This document shows, in pieces, positions 63,071 through 64,000 of a DNA stretch of 64,000 bases (the first letter of the stretch is position 1; every line of letters starts with the position of its first letter). Origin of the DNA: Lama glama (lineage: Eukaryota). The position numbers and the translations under genes are program-made. The notes under the pieces are model-generated. The model saw nothing but the letters and a program-made list of their open reading frames with translations. It ran no database searches and was not told the DNA's origin. The stretch lies in assembly GCA_028534125.1 (NCBI GenBank), contig CM052832.1:9984001-10048000 (forward strand). The letters run 5' to 3'.

Positions 63071-64000
63071 ATTCCACACCTCTCTACCTCTCACACTACC
63101 CCCCCCCACGCTTTTTTTATTTTGGTCTCCAAACTTGAGCCTCATTAATTTCCAAAAAAAATTTCCCCCAATAAAAGGCAAACATGGAAAGAAAAACAAA
63201 CTATTAGAAAATAGAGGAGGGAGGAAATGTTATTTAAAAGGTTAGCAGACCGCATCATTTTCCAATGATATTATATACTCCCAGCAGTATCCAAAATATA
63301 TATGGGCTCTGGTCCAAGAATGTAAAAAAAAAAAAAAAAAGAAAAAAAACCCTTGAAAAAAACCCTCACTTAGACACAACATCTGGACCTGGGAGCGAAC
63401 AAACCCCCCATTTATCACACTTAATCCTCCAATGAAGCAATCGACAGTTGACTTCTGTTTTGCTAATTTAGCTGCTTTCAAGCGCCGGCCCAGTCCAGAC
63501 CGGGAATTAAGTGTCACTTGTGGAGGGCCTGCCCTGCCCCCGCCGGTCTTCGCTCCCTCCCGAGCCAGGCGGCCCTCGGATAGGGGGAAAAGACCATTAA
63601 GGAAGAAAGAAACTTTTTATGAATTCCCTTTACCTCCGCCCACTCGGGTCACTGAAAACCTTCACCCTGACCTTCCTCTGCCCTTCGGCCAGCACCCTGT
63701 CACCCACTTCCTTGGTGACACACCCCCACCGACCAGCTGCCTCCCCCATCAGACTCTGTATCAATGGCTGCAGCTGGCACCAACGCCAGCAGCTCCAGGA
63801 GGTCACCTAGCTCACCGGCTGCTCCTTGGGTTGACTGGGTGCTGCCAGCCTCGTGCCTGGCAGCTTAAGCCCTCAGGCAAGGAGAGCACAGCAGAGGGAG
63901 GGCCCTGGAGCATGGGCAGCAGGGAGCCTCCATTGCTCCCAGAAGTGGATGGGAGGCTGGAGGCCGTGGGCCAGCGGCGCTAGAGACAATGGGATCTTGT

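Noticed and set aside
62272..63983. 230-, 155- and 183-aa ORFs in and near the distal CpG island
   Set aside because: GC-driven open frames with no recognisable protein similarity or exon structure.
26400..64000. Annotating FOXP4-AS1 or another lncRNA as a feature
   Set aside because: Expected here by synteny with human, but exons cannot be established from sequence alone. Only a candidate micro-exon is reported as a finding.
1..64000. CRISPR array, operon, retron or other prokaryote-type novel system
   Set aside because: No regularly spaced repeat-spacer structure and no dense coding. The window is a mammalian gene 5' region with introns and interspersed repeats.

Overview
Mammalian genomic DNA, not prokaryotic, so no operon, CRISPR or defence system is present. 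It is most likely from a camelid, judged from three tRNA-derived Vic-1-like SINEs. The window holds the 5' end of FOXP4 on the minus strand: a CpG-island promoter with non-coding exon 1 (~26365-25744), a ~17.2 kb intron 1, and the first coding exon (8567-8321; CDS 8551-8321, [16 protein letters not shown]...ELLHFQQQQ). Intron 2 runs off the left edge. The remaining ~37 kb is upstream regulatory DNA (the FOXP4-AS1 side in human) with a second CpG island near 61.4-63.1 kb, several motif-dense enhancer-like blocks and many transposon relics (MIR, L2, L1, LTR16, MLT1, hAT). Nearly all ORFs in the supplied track are GC-rich or repeat-derived noise. I found no clearly new multi-gene system. The most interesting signals are two near-identical 5-codon uORFs (MPRRG*, MPRAG*) that are the only AUGs in the predicted exon 1, a GC hairpin just inside the exon-2 splice donor, a Gly/Ala/Ser expansion in the FOXP4 N-terminus, a candidate alternative first exon in an intronic CpG island, and a candidate 34-nt plus-strand micro-exon beside an enhancer-like block. 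Repeat family names and human comparisons are from memory, not from a search.
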